DNA of 32,000 nt, taken from positions 821,279 through 853,278 of the forward strand of contig JANQMZ010000007.1 of the NCBI GenBank assembly GCA_028279805.1, in the 5' to 3' direction. The stretch comes from an archaeon (lineage in GTDB: Archaea; Iainarchaeota; Iainarchaeia; Iainarchaeales; JANQMZ01). A program made the translations under genes and the position numbers. Position 1 is the first letter of the stretch, and every line of letters begins with the position of its first letter. The notes below the pieces were generated by a model. The model was given only the letters and a program-made list of their open reading frames with translations, was not told the origin of the DNA and ran no database searches. Positions 23,508-31,995 of this stretch are shown here, piece by piece.

Positions 23508-24920
23508 TCAATCAGACCTGTTTAAAACATAAAAATAGTTGTTTTCATGGGATAAAACCAGTTTAAGCTGTTCTTTTTCAATTTTTTCAGTATTGCAATT
23601 AAATATCTGGCTTGAAAGGGGGGAAATATGGAGTATTTGAGCATCAAATTTTTTCATTGTTTCTGCAAAAGAACAGTTTTGAAAAGCATTAAATGTTTCC
23701 GAAAGCCTTTGGTTTGCTTCAGGCACTGACTCCATAAAAGCTCCTATAACCACTTTTTTTTGTGTAACATACGGAATTGTGTAAGAGCCTATAAAATCGC
23801 TCAAAACTTTTTCCCCTTCAATTTCCTTTAAGGCTTCCAATGCTTTAATGTTTTCATCTGAAAAATAACTCGGCTCAAAAACAAATGAATGCCCTATTAC
23901 CAGAAGCCAGAAAAATCCGAAAGACAATAATCCCAGGCCAAGCCTTGTTGAAATTCTCGGCTTTAATTCTTTTATGCCCAGCACAAGTATCAGCGGAATG
24001 AATGCAAACAAATACACACCGGTTCTCATTGCAAAAATGCCCGGCTGAAAAAGTGAATGAATTAATATACCAACAAAAAAAGGCAGGGTAAACAGAAAAT
24101 ATTTTTTTTTGTAAATCAAAAATAATGCCAAAATTAGTGCTGCAAAAAATAAAACTGAAAAAATTTCATGCAGTTGCATAAACTGAATCCACGGATTAAT
24201 TATTCTTTGGGTTGCCAGCAAAGAATCAAGCCTTGGAAAAATCCAAACAAGCGAAATCAATGATGTTATTACCGGCAATGCAATTTGTTTTATTGTTATT
24301 TCTTTTTTCCATAAAAAATAAGCTGAAAAAACCAGAAACAACAACCCAAATGTTAAGAAAGAACGGTAATGAAACAATGCAAAAGCTGAAAAAATTAAGG
24401 CAAGTTTTACAAAATCTTTTTTTAACAAAAAATAAAGGCTTACTGAAAAAAACATTAATCCAAGTGTTTCAGGAATAGCATTTAATAATCGCCTGAACAG
24501 CCACGGCATCATAACGGTTAAAGCTGAAACAAAATATGCATGTTCTTTTGGCAAAAACATTAAAGCTGTTTTAAATGAAAAAAATGCAATTATTGCAAAT
24601 GCCAGCATTCCCAAAAGTTTCCAGACACTCAGCAAAGGCAAACCGGTAACAAGTGCAATGCCTGAACTTAAAACATCAAACAATGGTGCGTAAATTTTTT
24701 GCAATCCCAGACCAAAAGCATCTGTTTCCAATCCTATAAATCCCGTTTCCATAATTGATTCTGTTGCTCTTGCCCTTTCAAACTGATCACTTATAAAAAA
24801 ATGTTCCTGTATTGCAAATCCTAAAACTATTATCAAGAATGATAAAATTAGCATTGCCGGAAACGCTTTTTCTTTTTTCATCCTATTCTTTATGATTTGA
24901 GTATTTAAAGCCTTTTTCAA
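23508..24920 (-). CDS. Polytopic membrane protein, GT-C-like glycosyltransferase candidate (family 39/83-like)
   Basis: 470 aa. The first loop SDQFERARATESIMETG resembles the D/E-x-x-R...A...G loop-1 motif of ArnT/PMT-type enzymes. Multiple TM spans and a C-terminal soluble domain. Confidence 0.45.
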   Translation of the reverse strand: MKKALNTQIIKNRMKKEKAFPAMLILSFLIIVLGFAIQEHFFISDQFERARATESIMETGFIGLETDAFGLGLQKIYAPLFDVLSSGIALVTGLPLLSVWKLLGMLAFAIIAFFSFKTALMFLPKEHAYFVSALTVMMPWLFRRLLNAIPETLGLMFFSVSLYFLLKKDFVKLALIFSAFALFHYRSFLTFGLLFLVFSAYFLWKKEITIKQIALPVITSLISLVWIFPRLDSLLATQRIINPWIQFMQLHEIFSVLFFAALILALFLIYKKKYFLFTLPFFVGILIHSLFQPGIFAMRTGVYLFAFIPLILVLGIKELKPRISTRLGLGLLSFGFFWLLVIGHSFVFEPSYFSDENIKALEALKEIEGEKVLSDFIGSYTIPYVTQKKVVIGAFMESVPEANQRLSETFNAFQNCSFAETMKKFDAQILHISPLSSQIFNCNTEKIEKEQLKLVLSHENNYFYVLNRSD

Positions 24921-24972
24921 ACAAAGCTTTTTAATTTCGTTGTTAAATCCTATTTTCAGGGAGAAATCTTAA

Positions 24973-26220
24973 ATGGGGTTAGAACTCTTAATTCTCTTGG
25001 TTTTAGTGCTTCTTTCAGCCTTTTTTTCAGGAGTTGAAACCGCCTTAGTTTCTTTAAGCGAGATTAAGGTAAAAAGCCTTGTAATGGAGGGAAAAAAAGG
25101 TGCTGCTGCTCTATCAAAACTTAAATCCAATCCAAGAAGAATGATTATTACAATTTTGCTGTTTAACAACCTGGTAAATATTGGGGCTTCAGCTTTTGCA
25201 GCTGTTGTTGCAATTGATTTGTTTGGTTCAACAGGTCTGGGTATAGCTACTGCGGTAATGACTTTTTTGATTCTGGTTTTTGGTGAGATTACTCCCAAAA
25301 CTTATGCAGCAAACAATGCTGTAAGTGTTTCTTTGATTGTTTCAAGGCCTTTGCATTTTTTGTCCACAATTTTTTCACCAATTATTATTATTCTGGAAAA
25401 AATTGTAGGATCTCTTTTAAGTGAAAAGTTTGTCGGACAGGCAAAACAAATAACCGAAGCTGAATTTTTAACAATGCTTGAATTAAGTGCAAAGCAAAAA
25501 GTTTTGGAAAAAAAAGAAAAAGAATTTATTGAAGGAATTTTGGAATTTAATGACATTAAGGTTCACAAAGTAATGATTCCGAGAGTTGAAATGTTTTCTT
25601 TGCCTGCTTCCATGCCTATAAAAAAAGCTGTGAAAGAAATAATTAAAAAAAATTTTTCAAGAATTCCCATTTTTGAAAAAAATGCTGACAACATTGTAGG
25701 AATAGTTCATTTAAGAGATGTTTTAACAGCTGTTGCTTTAAATGAAGATAAAAAATCTTTGAAAAACATTTCAATTGACCCTTTGTTTGTTTCAGAAGAG
25801 GAAATTATCAGTGAAGTTTTTAAAAAATTTCAAAAACGCAATATTCACCTTGCAATTGCCGTTGACGAATTTGGCGGCACAGCCGGACTGGTTACACTGG
25901 AAGATTTAATGGAGGAAATTGTCGGGGACATTATTGATGAAAGCGATGTTTCAAATGACAAAATAAGAAGATTAAATGGCAAATCAATTATTGCCGATGG
26001 CTCAATTGACTTGGATGAAGTTAACGATTTTTTTAAAGTAAAATTGCCAATAAAAGAACATTATCATACGCTTAACGCTTATCTGTTGCATCAGCTTAAG
26101 GATATTCCTTCAAAAGGCCAAAAGCTTGAAAGGCGCGGCTTAATTTTTGAAATTGAAAAAGCTTCTGATAAAAAAATTTTAAGCGTTAAAATAACCAGAA
26201 AAACAAGAAAAAAAGCCTAA
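24973..26220 (+). CDS. CNNM/CorC-family divalent-cation transporter (DUF21 + CBS pair + CorC_HlyC)
   Basis: N-terminal LSAFFSGVETALVSL, FGEITPKTYA, a CBS pair region (VMIPRVEM...IVGIVHLRDV), and a C-terminal transporter-associated domain. Confidence 0.9.
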   Translation: MGLELLILLVLVLLSAFFSGVETALVSLSEIKVKSLVMEGKKGAAALSKLKSNPRRMIITILLFNNLVNIGASAFAAVVAIDLFGSTGLGIATAVMTFLILVFGEITPKTYAANNAVSVSLIVSRPLHFLSTIFSPIIIILEKIVGSLLSEKFVGQAKQITEAEFLTMLELSAKQKVLEKKEKEFIEGILEFNDIKVHKVMIPRVEMFSLPASMPIKKAVKEIIKKNFSRIPIFEKNADNIVGIVHLRDVLTAVALNEDKKSLKNISIDPLFVSEEEIISEVFKKFQKRNIHLAIAVDEFGGTAGLVTLEDLMEEIVGDIIDESDVSNDKIRRLNGKSIIADGSIDLDEVNDFFKVKLPIKEHYHTLNAYLLHQLKDIPSKGQKLERRGLIFEIEKASDKKILSVKITRKTRKKA

Positions 26221-26272
26221 AACTCCTTTTTAAACCCAAAAAATTCTTATAATCCTGAATAGTAATTTTAAT

Positions 26273-27010
26273 ATGGCTTCAAAAAGAACAGGTGTTAAAA
26301 AGCCGGGGACTGTGCCTCTTGAAAGAGAAGATCGGACAATAATTCTTGAGAGAAGGGTAAAAGAACGTGAAAATTTATCAAATTTGGTTGAACAAGCCCG
26401 AAATAATGGAAGAAACTTGGCTGAATTTCTAAAATCAAAAGGCTGGAATTCTGAAAAGCTTCTTTTTAACAGAGTAAAACCTGAATTTTTTTACGAATTA
26501 AACGTTCCGGTTTCAGATTTAATCAAACTTGGTTATAAAAATCCACAAGAATTAAGACTTGCAGGTTATACTGATTTTTTTGAATTATTACATGCAGGTT
26601 TTCGAGAATTATCTTCAGGAGAAAAACAAGCATGGCTTTCTTCTCTATGGAATCTTGTTTTAAATGCCAGACATATGGAATTAATTTTAACTCCAAGACA
26701 AAAAACTTATCGTGAAAGATTAAAACAAAAATTACAAAAAACAGTTGCAAGAAACAAAGACATTGTTTTGAAATTTTTTATAACAGAAACAACATCAGAT
26801 AAAATGGGAACAATTTTTTCCACAACCCAGTTTAGAGAATTAAAACCAGGTGAAACTTTAACAAGACCAATTGAACTTGAAGACATTGTTGCCAACGCTT
26901 TGGAATCAAAAAACCCAAAAAGTTTTTTGGAAAATTTTGGAATTTCAAAAAAAGATTTGATTAATGCAGGGAATTTTGGAGAATATTCTTTGCCAAGATT
27001 AGGATTTTAA
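26273..27010 (+). CDS. Hypothetical protein with repeated LG[IY]xxxxLxxAG[FY] (helix-hairpin-helix-like) motifs
   Basis: 245 aa. Contains DLIKLGYKNPQELRLAGYTDFFELLHAGF and LENFGISKKDLINAGNF. The downstream gene carries a similar C-terminal motif. Confidence 0.45.
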   Translation: MASKRTGVKKPGTVPLEREDRTIILERRVKERENLSNLVEQARNNGRNLAEFLKSKGWNSEKLLFNRVKPEFFYELNVPVSDLIKLGYKNPQELRLAGYTDFFELLHAGFRELSSGEKQAWLSSLWNLVLNARHMELILTPRQKTYRERLKQKLQKTVARNKDIVLKFFITETTSDKMGTIFSTTQFRELKPGETLTRPIELEDIVANALESKNPKSFLENFGISKKDLINAGNFGEYSLPRLGF

Positions 27011-27020
27011 GTGAAAAATT

Positions 27021-27800
27021 ATGGGAAAACCCAGACCACATTATCTTGCAATTGCTGAGCATTTAAAAAAAGGAACAAGAAGAAGGGACATTTACAGACA
27101 GGTTTCTGAAGAATATGGAATTAGTTATAATGGAATCTGGCAAATTTGCCAAAGATATTTTCCAAGAGAAAAAATTAATAGCCCTGAAGATGTTGAAAGG
27201 CTTTTACAGGAATATCTGGATTCCGTTAAAAGGTCTGAAACAGAAAGAAATGAGCGGTTTGTGCAAATGGTTGAAAGTCTTACTCCTGAACAAAGAAGTG
27301 AAATGTCTAAAAAAGGCTGGAATAAACTCAGTGAATCTGAAAAAAGACAAAGGCTTGAGGCAAGCATTCAATCTGAGGCAAGCATTCGGTCAATAAGTCC
27401 TGAGCAAAGAAGTGAAGCTGCTAAAAGATATTGGGCGGGGTTAACTGAGGCGGAAAAACGTAGAAGACTTGAAGAAACAATTCAGTCAGTAACTCCCGAG
27501 CAAAGGAGTGAAACAGCTAAAAGATACTGGGCTGGGTTAAGTGAAGAGGAAAAAAGAGAACTTGTTCAGAAAAGCATGCTTTCAGTGTCTCCAAAGCAAA
27601 GAATGTATAGAAGAGGATTAACGGAAAAACTTGGAAGGCCTTTGAGAACGGTTTTGGAAGAATCTTTGAAATCAAATGATTCCGGTTTGTTTCTTTTAAA
27701 TTTGGGCATTAGACCGGCTGATTTGTGGAAAGCGGGTTTTGACACTGAAACCGTTACAAGATTTTTTCCAATTGAGTTTTTGATAGGAATAAGGAATTAG
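27021..27800 (+). CDS. Hypothetical DNA-binding-like protein: N-terminal HTH-like segment, three and a half ~32 aa tandem repeats, HhH-like C-terminus
   Basis: 259 aa. Repeats: LTPEQRSEMSKKGWNKLSESEKRQRLEASIQS / ISPEQRSEAAKRYWAGLTEAEKRRRLEETIQS / VTPEQRSETAKRYWAGLSEEEKRELVQKSMLS / VSPKQR... The C-terminus LLNLGIRPADLWKAGFDT resembles motifs in the upstream gene. Confidence 0.5.
   Translation: MGKPRPHYLAIAEHLKKGTRRRDIYRQVSEEYGISYNGIWQICQRYFPREKINSPEDVERLLQEYLDSVKRSETERNERFVQMVESLTPEQRSEMSKKGWNKLSESEKRQRLEASIQSEASIRSISPEQRSEAAKRYWAGLTEAEKRRRLEETIQSVTPEQRSETAKRYWAGLSEEEKRELVQKSMLSVSPKQRMYRRGLTEKLGRPLRTVLEESLKSNDSGLFLLNLGIRPADLWKAGFDTETVTRFFPIEFLIGIRN
27279..27620 (+). repeat. In-frame ~96-nt tandem repeats (3.5 copies) plus an 18-nt internal duplication inside the 27021..27800 CDS
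   Basis: Repeated DNA units start at actcctgaacaaagaagtgaa, agtcctgagcaaagaagtgaa and actcccgagcaaaggagtgaa. The 18-nt duplication gaggcaagcattcaatct/gaggcaagcattcggtca encodes EASIQS/EASIRS. Confidence 0.7.
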
Positions 27801-27802
27801 AG

Positions 27803-27886
27803 TGCACGGGGGAGGATTCGAACCTCCGAAGGCACTAAGCCACGGGGTCCTAAACCCCGCCCCTTTGACCACTCGGGTACCCATGC
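27803..27886 (-). tRNA. tRNA-Leu, anticodon UAG (type II, long variable arm)
   Basis: Hand-folded from the minus strand. Acceptor GCATGGG/CCCGTGC (one G-U pair). Anticodon arm CGGGG-TTTAGGA-CCCCG, with TAG at 34-36. Variable arm TGGCTTAGTGCCTTC. T arm GGAGG-TTCGAAT-CCTCC. Discriminator A. Confidence 0.9.
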
Positions 27887-27957
27887 ATTATACTAATTGT
27901 GTTAAAATTGCTTTAAAAAAGCTTTTTTTAACCATTACGCCTTTTTCTTTTTTTTAA

Positions 27958-28656
27958 ATGGAAAAAATGCCAAAACATGAGGAAATGCATTCAAATACCG
28001 GAGCCATATTTAGCGATATTATTTTAGGCGGACAGGACGGATTAGTAAATGTTTTGGGAATAGTTTTGGGTTTGGCAGCAGCAACAAATGATGCGCGAAT
28101 TGTAATAATTGCAGGATTAGCCGCTTTGTTTGCTGAAAGCATTGCAATGGCGGCTGTAGCTTTTACTTCAAATCAGGCTGAAGCAGAATTTTATGAAGCT
28201 GAAAAAAAACGGGAATTATGGGAAATAAAAAACTGGCCTGAAAAAGAAAAACAGGAAGTAAAAGAAATTTTTGCAAATTATGGATTAAAAGGAAAAGCTT
28301 TGACTGATGTTGTAAAAATTATTACATCAAACAAAAAAGCCTGGTTAAACATTATGATGTCAGAAGAATTAGGCTTAACCAAAATTGAAAAATCAAAACC
28401 GTTAAAATCAGCAATAGTTGTCGGCTTGTCGGCAGTTGCAGGTTCTTTAGTCCCTTTAATTCCTTTTTACTTGTTTCCGGTTTCACAAGCTTTAATTGTT
28501 GCATTAATTTTTTCAGCAATTGTTTTGTTTACAACTGGAGCAATAAAAGCAAAACTTACCGGGCGATTCTGGTTCAGATCAGGTTTTGAATTGTTTGCAA
28601 TCGGAATGCTGGCAGCTTTAGCCGGTTATTTGGTTGGAACTTTTTTAGGAGCTTAA
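27958..28656 (+). CDS. VIT1/CCC1-family iron/manganese transporter
   Basis: 232 aa. IILGGQDGLVNVLGIVLGLAAAT and AGLAALFAESIAMAAVAFTS, a central cytosolic helical insert, and C-terminal TM helices. Confidence 0.85.
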   Translation: MEKMPKHEEMHSNTGAIFSDIILGGQDGLVNVLGIVLGLAAATNDARIVIIAGLAALFAESIAMAAVAFTSNQAEAEFYEAEKKRELWEIKNWPEKEKQEVKEIFANYGLKGKALTDVVKIITSNKKAWLNIMMSEELGLTKIEKSKPLKSAIVVGLSAVAGSLVPLIPFYLFPVSQALIVALIFSAIVLFTTGAIKAKLTGRFWFRSGFELFAIGMLAALAGYLVGTFLGA

Positions 28657-29237
28657 TTTTTTTTAAACCATTTTACAAATTTTCTTGTTGCAATTGCCCT
28701 GTGTGAAAACAAATTTTTATCTTCTCTTGAAAAATATGATAAAGTTTGTTTTCTTCCTTTTGGAACACTTTTTGGAACATCTTTTGGAATAAATAATTTT
28801 TCATAAGCCAAAACATTTTTTTGAGGATTTCTGATTTTTTTTTCAAATCTGCCATGCAGTTTTCCGGTAAAAGTTTTGAATTTGTTTTTGCCCCAGATGT
28901 ATGTTAAAGCAACTCCAAAATAACCGGTTCTTTTTTTTCCTTCCAATAATTTTAACAATCCTTTTAAGCCGATTCCCAAATAAACTCTTTTGGCCATTAA
29001 ACCCGGGAATTCATTATAAGCGTCAAAGAATACGCCTGTATCTTCCACAATTAAAGGCTTTTTTAGCTGCGAATAAGCTTGTTTTGCTTTTTCCTCTGCA
29101 ACTTTTTGAATTGAACCCAAATCTGGTTCTTTTATATCCAAAGCTTTTCTTTTAAGCTTAATATCAAATTCTTTTAAAACTTTGGAAATTTCCTCATGCT
29201 TGTGTTTGTTTGTTGAAACAAAAATTAATTCCCTCAT
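28653..29237 (-). CDS. Non-canonical purine NTP pyrophosphatase (Ham1/RdgB/ITPase family)
   Basis: 194 aa. FVSTNKHKHEE, IVEDTGVFFDAYNEFPG and FSHRAIA motifs. Confidence 0.85.
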   Translation of the reverse strand: MRELIFVSTNKHKHEEISKVLKEFDIKLKRKALDIKEPDLGSIQKVAEEKAKQAYSQLKKPLIVEDTGVFFDAYNEFPGLMAKRVYLGIGLKGLLKLLEGKKRTGYFGVALTYIWGKNKFKTFTGKLHGRFEKKIRNPQKNVLAYEKLFIPKDVPKSVPKGRKQTLSYFSREDKNLFSHRAIATRKFVKWFKKN

Positions 29238-29290
29238 TCATTGAAAAAAGCAGTAAAACATTTTAAATCTTTTTAATCCAATTTTTTGGT

Positions 29291-30001
29291 ATGACTGAAA
29301 TGCTTTATTTGCAGGATTCTTATTTGAAGGAATTTTCAGCAAAAGTTGAAAAAGTTTCAGAAAACAAATTTGTTGTACTGGATAAAACTGCTTTTTTTGC
29401 ACAAGGCGGAGGGCAGCCATGTGATACAGGTTTTCTGGAAAAAAATGGAAAAAAATTAAAAGTTGTTTTTGTTAAAAAATTTGGAAACGAAATTTCACAT
29501 CAAGTTGAAAACAATTCATTAAAAGTTGGAGATGAAGTTAAAGGAATAATTAACTGGCAAAACAGATACAAGTTAATGAGAATGCACACAGCAACTCATA
29601 TTTTAAGTGCAATAATTTTTGAAGAAATTGGTTCTTTGATTACAGGAAACCAGTTAGGCATTGATAAAACAAGAATTGATTTTAATGTTGAAAATTTTGA
29701 CCGTGATTTGTTAAAATCTTTTGAAGAAAAAACAAATAACGCAATTAAAACAAATTCTGGTGTAAGCATTTCTTTTATGCCGACAGAAGAAGCTTTAAAA
29801 AATGAAAAATTGTTCCGGTTAAAAGATGTTTTGCCAAAAAATTTGAAAGAATTAAGAATTGTTAAAATTGGTGATATTGATGTGCAGGCTGATGGTGGAA
29901 CACATGTTAAAAATACTCAGGAGATAGGGCAGATTAAAATTATTAAAATGGAAAACAAGGGAAAAAATAACAGAAGAATTTATTTTGAATTGGATGACTA
30001 A
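29291..30001 (+). CDS. alaX: Alanyl-tRNA editing protein AlaX (AlaX-M type)
   Basis: 236 aa. GGGQPCDTG, MRMHTATHIL (HxxxH zinc motif) and DGGTHVKNT. Confidence 0.9.
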   Translation: MTEMLYLQDSYLKEFSAKVEKVSENKFVVLDKTAFFAQGGGQPCDTGFLEKNGKKLKVVFVKKFGNEISHQVENNSLKVGDEVKGIINWQNRYKLMRMHTATHILSAIIFEEIGSLITGNQLGIDKTRIDFNVENFDRDLLKSFEEKTNNAIKTNSGVSISFMPTEEALKNEKLFRLKDVLPKNLKELRIVKIGDIDVQADGGTHVKNTQEIGQIKIIKMENKGKNNRRIYFELDD

Positions 30002-30003
30002 AA

Positions 30004-30150
30004 ATGGTTAAAAAAATTTTTTTGTGTGAGGAATGTAATTATTTGTTTGAATCTGAAAAAAATGCAATAGAATGTGATGGGTTCTGCAAAACTCACAAGC
30101 AATGCAGTTTGGAATTGGCTCAAAAAGCAATTGGAATAATGCAAAAATGA
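30004..30150 (+). CDS. Small Cys-rich protein (48 aa), possible zinc-binding; below the ORF-track cutoff
   Basis: Hand translation gives MVKKIFLCEECNYLFESEKNAIECDGFCKTHKQCSLELAQKAIGIMQK (CxxC...C...C....C). The ATG is 2 nt after the alaX stop. Confidence 0.35.
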   Translation: MVKKIFLCEECNYLFESEKNAIECDGFCKTHKQCSLELAQKAIGIMQK

Positions 30151-30192
30151 ACTTTTAAACTGGAAAAACGCTTAAAAAAGGCTCTGTTCTAA

Positions 30193-31425
30193 ATGATTAA
30201 AATGACAGATTTTGATGCAATTGTTGTTGGCGGTGGTCCGGCCGGATCAGGCGCTGTAATGTATTTGAAAAGAAAAAACCTGAAAGTTTTGCTGTTGGAT
30301 AAAACTTCTTTTCCAAGAGATAAAACATGCGGGGACGGAATTTCAGGCAAAAGCATGGCTTTGGTTAGAGAATTAGGCTTAATGCCTGACATTGAAAAAA
30401 GAGAGCATAAAAAAATAACAGGAGTTTTATTGTCAAGTCCGAACGGAACTTTGCTTGAAGTTCCAATTCCTAAATCAAAACAATCAACAAATTATGGCTA
30501 TGTTTGCCGCAGGGAAGAATTTGATGATGCTTTATTCCAGAATGCAAAAAAGCTTGCCGATAAAACAATTGAAAATTTTACAGTAACAGACTTGTTAAAA
30601 GATGGAGAACAAGTAATAGGAGTTAAAGGAATTAAGGATGGAAAGGAACAGGAGTTTACTGCAAAAGTTGTTCTTGCAGCCGACGGAGCAAATTCTCTTA
30701 TTTCAAAAAAAATTGGTTTAGGGGATGTGGAACCAAAACATCACATTGTTGCTTTGCGTGCATATTTTGAGGGCGTTAAAGGAATGGAAGAATTAATTGA
30801 ATTGCATTTTATGGATGAATTAATTCCCGGTTATTTCTGGATTTTTCCGATTGATTTGGAAAAAGGTTATGCTAACATTGGCTTGGGAATGGTAATGCAT
30901 GACATGAGAAAAAACAAATTAAATTTGGAACAGGCTTTGGATGATGTTATTAAAAATTCAAAATTGTTAAAAGACAGGTTTGTTGGTTCAAAAAGAGTCA
31001 GCCAGATTAAAGGATGGAATCTGCCATTAGGTTCTCATAGAAAAAAACTTTACTCCAACGGAGTTGTTTTGTTAGGAGATGCAGCTTCATTAATTGACCC
31101 TTTTACTGGTGAGGGCATTGGCAATGCTTTGTTGTCAGCAAAATATGCTGCACAGGTTATTGAAGAAGCAAACCAAAAAAACGATTTTTCTGAAAAAATG
31201 TTAAAAAAATATGATGACTTGCTTTGGGATGAAATTGAATCAGAATTAAAAGCAAGTTATTTTATGCAAAAAATGTTAAAGAAAAAATTCTTGGTTAACA
31301 GAATAATGGAAAAAGCATCAAAAGACCCGGAGTTAAGGGATGCTTTGTCCGGAACACTGGTTAAAGATGCTCCGTTAAAACAAATAGCTTCATCAAAATT
31401 ATTTATGAAATTAATTTTTGGTTAA
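30193..31425 (+). CDS. Geranylgeranyl reductase family flavoprotein (archaeal lipid/isoprenoid saturation)
   Basis: 410 aa. FDAIVVGGGPAGS (FAD GxGxxG), KTCGDGIS and LLGDAASLIDPFTGEGIG. The start may be 30193 or 30202. Confidence 0.9.
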   Translation: MIKMTDFDAIVVGGGPAGSGAVMYLKRKNLKVLLLDKTSFPRDKTCGDGISGKSMALVRELGLMPDIEKREHKKITGVLLSSPNGTLLEVPIPKSKQSTNYGYVCRREEFDDALFQNAKKLADKTIENFTVTDLLKDGEQVIGVKGIKDGKEQEFTAKVVLAADGANSLISKKIGLGDVEPKHHIVALRAYFEGVKGMEELIELHFMDELIPGYFWIFPIDLEKGYANIGLGMVMHDMRKNKLNLEQALDDVIKNSKLLKDRFVGSKRVSQIKGWNLPLGSHRKKLYSNGVVLLGDAASLIDPFTGEGIGNALLSAKYAAQVIEEANQKNDFSEKMLKKYDDLLWDEIESELKASYFMQKMLKKKFLVNRIMEKASKDPELRDALSGTLVKDAPLKQIASSKLFMKLIFG

Positions 31426-31440
31426 AAAGGAGGTGAATTA

Positions 31441-31995
31441 ATGCAAAACAAAACAATGCTTTTAGCCGGATTGTTTGTTGCAATGGTTTTCTTAAGCGGC
31501 TGCACTCAATTAACAACTAACTCCGGAGACGCCATGGAAAAAGAAGATGGTGCGATGGAAAAAGGAGACGATGCAATGGAAGGCGGTGCAATGAATGGCC
31601 ATTCAGATGACGGCGACGCAATGGAAAAAACTGATGAATCCGGTGATGCTATGGAAGAAACAGGTTCTGATGAATCAAGCGAAGAAACAGAATCTAATGG
31701 TTCAATGGAAGAAACTGAAACAGAATCACAATTGGTTGAATTTACTGTTATCGGAGACGATTTGAAATTTTTTCCTGAAACTTTTGAAGTCAACAAAGGT
31801 GACACTGTAAGAGTTACTTTTACAAGTGCGGATGTTTTCCACACATTCAGTATTGACGAATTAGACGTTGATATTAAAGCTCAAGCCGGTGAAACAGTAA
31901 CAGAGGAGTTTGTTGCTTCTGAAAGTGGAGAATTTGAATTATACTGCAGGCCTCACAGAGGCGTGGGAATGATCGGAACATTCACAGTAAATTAA
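31441..31995 (+). CDS. Blue-copper (cupredoxin, plastocyanin/halocyanin-like) lipoprotein with an acidic Met-rich repeat linker
   Basis: Signal peptide plus LSGC lipobox. Linker with GDAMEK-type repeats. C-terminal domain with FHTF...YCRPHRGVGM, i.e. H...C-x2-H-x4-M type-1 copper ligands (compare the plastocyanin YCxPHxGAGM). GGAGGTG lies 7 nt upstream. Confidence 0.8.
   Translation: MQNKTMLLAGLFVAMVFLSGCTQLTTNSGDAMEKEDGAMEKGDDAMEGGAMNGHSDDGDAMEKTDESGDAMEETGSDESSEETESNGSMEETETESQLVEFTVIGDDLKFFPETFEVNKGDTVRVTFTSADVFHTFSIDELDVDIKAQAGETVTEEFVASESGEFELYCRPHRGVGMIGTFTVN

Noticed and set aside
24969-25298. 109-aa minus-strand ORF antisense to the CNNM/CorC gene
   Set aside because: It is a shadow ORF within a confidently identified transporter gene.
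27279-27620. Tandem ~96-nt repeats considered as a CRISPR-like or non-coding satellite
   Set aside because: The repeats are in frame within a long ORF and are contiguous, with no spacers. They diverge mainly in ways that preserve the peptide motif, so this is a protein repeat array rather than a CRISPR.
27696-27884. 62-aa minus-strand ORF
   Set aside because: It is explained by tRNA-Leu(UAG) at 27803..27886 and by the 3' end of the 27021..27800 CDS. The GC-rich tRNA sequence merely keeps a frame open.
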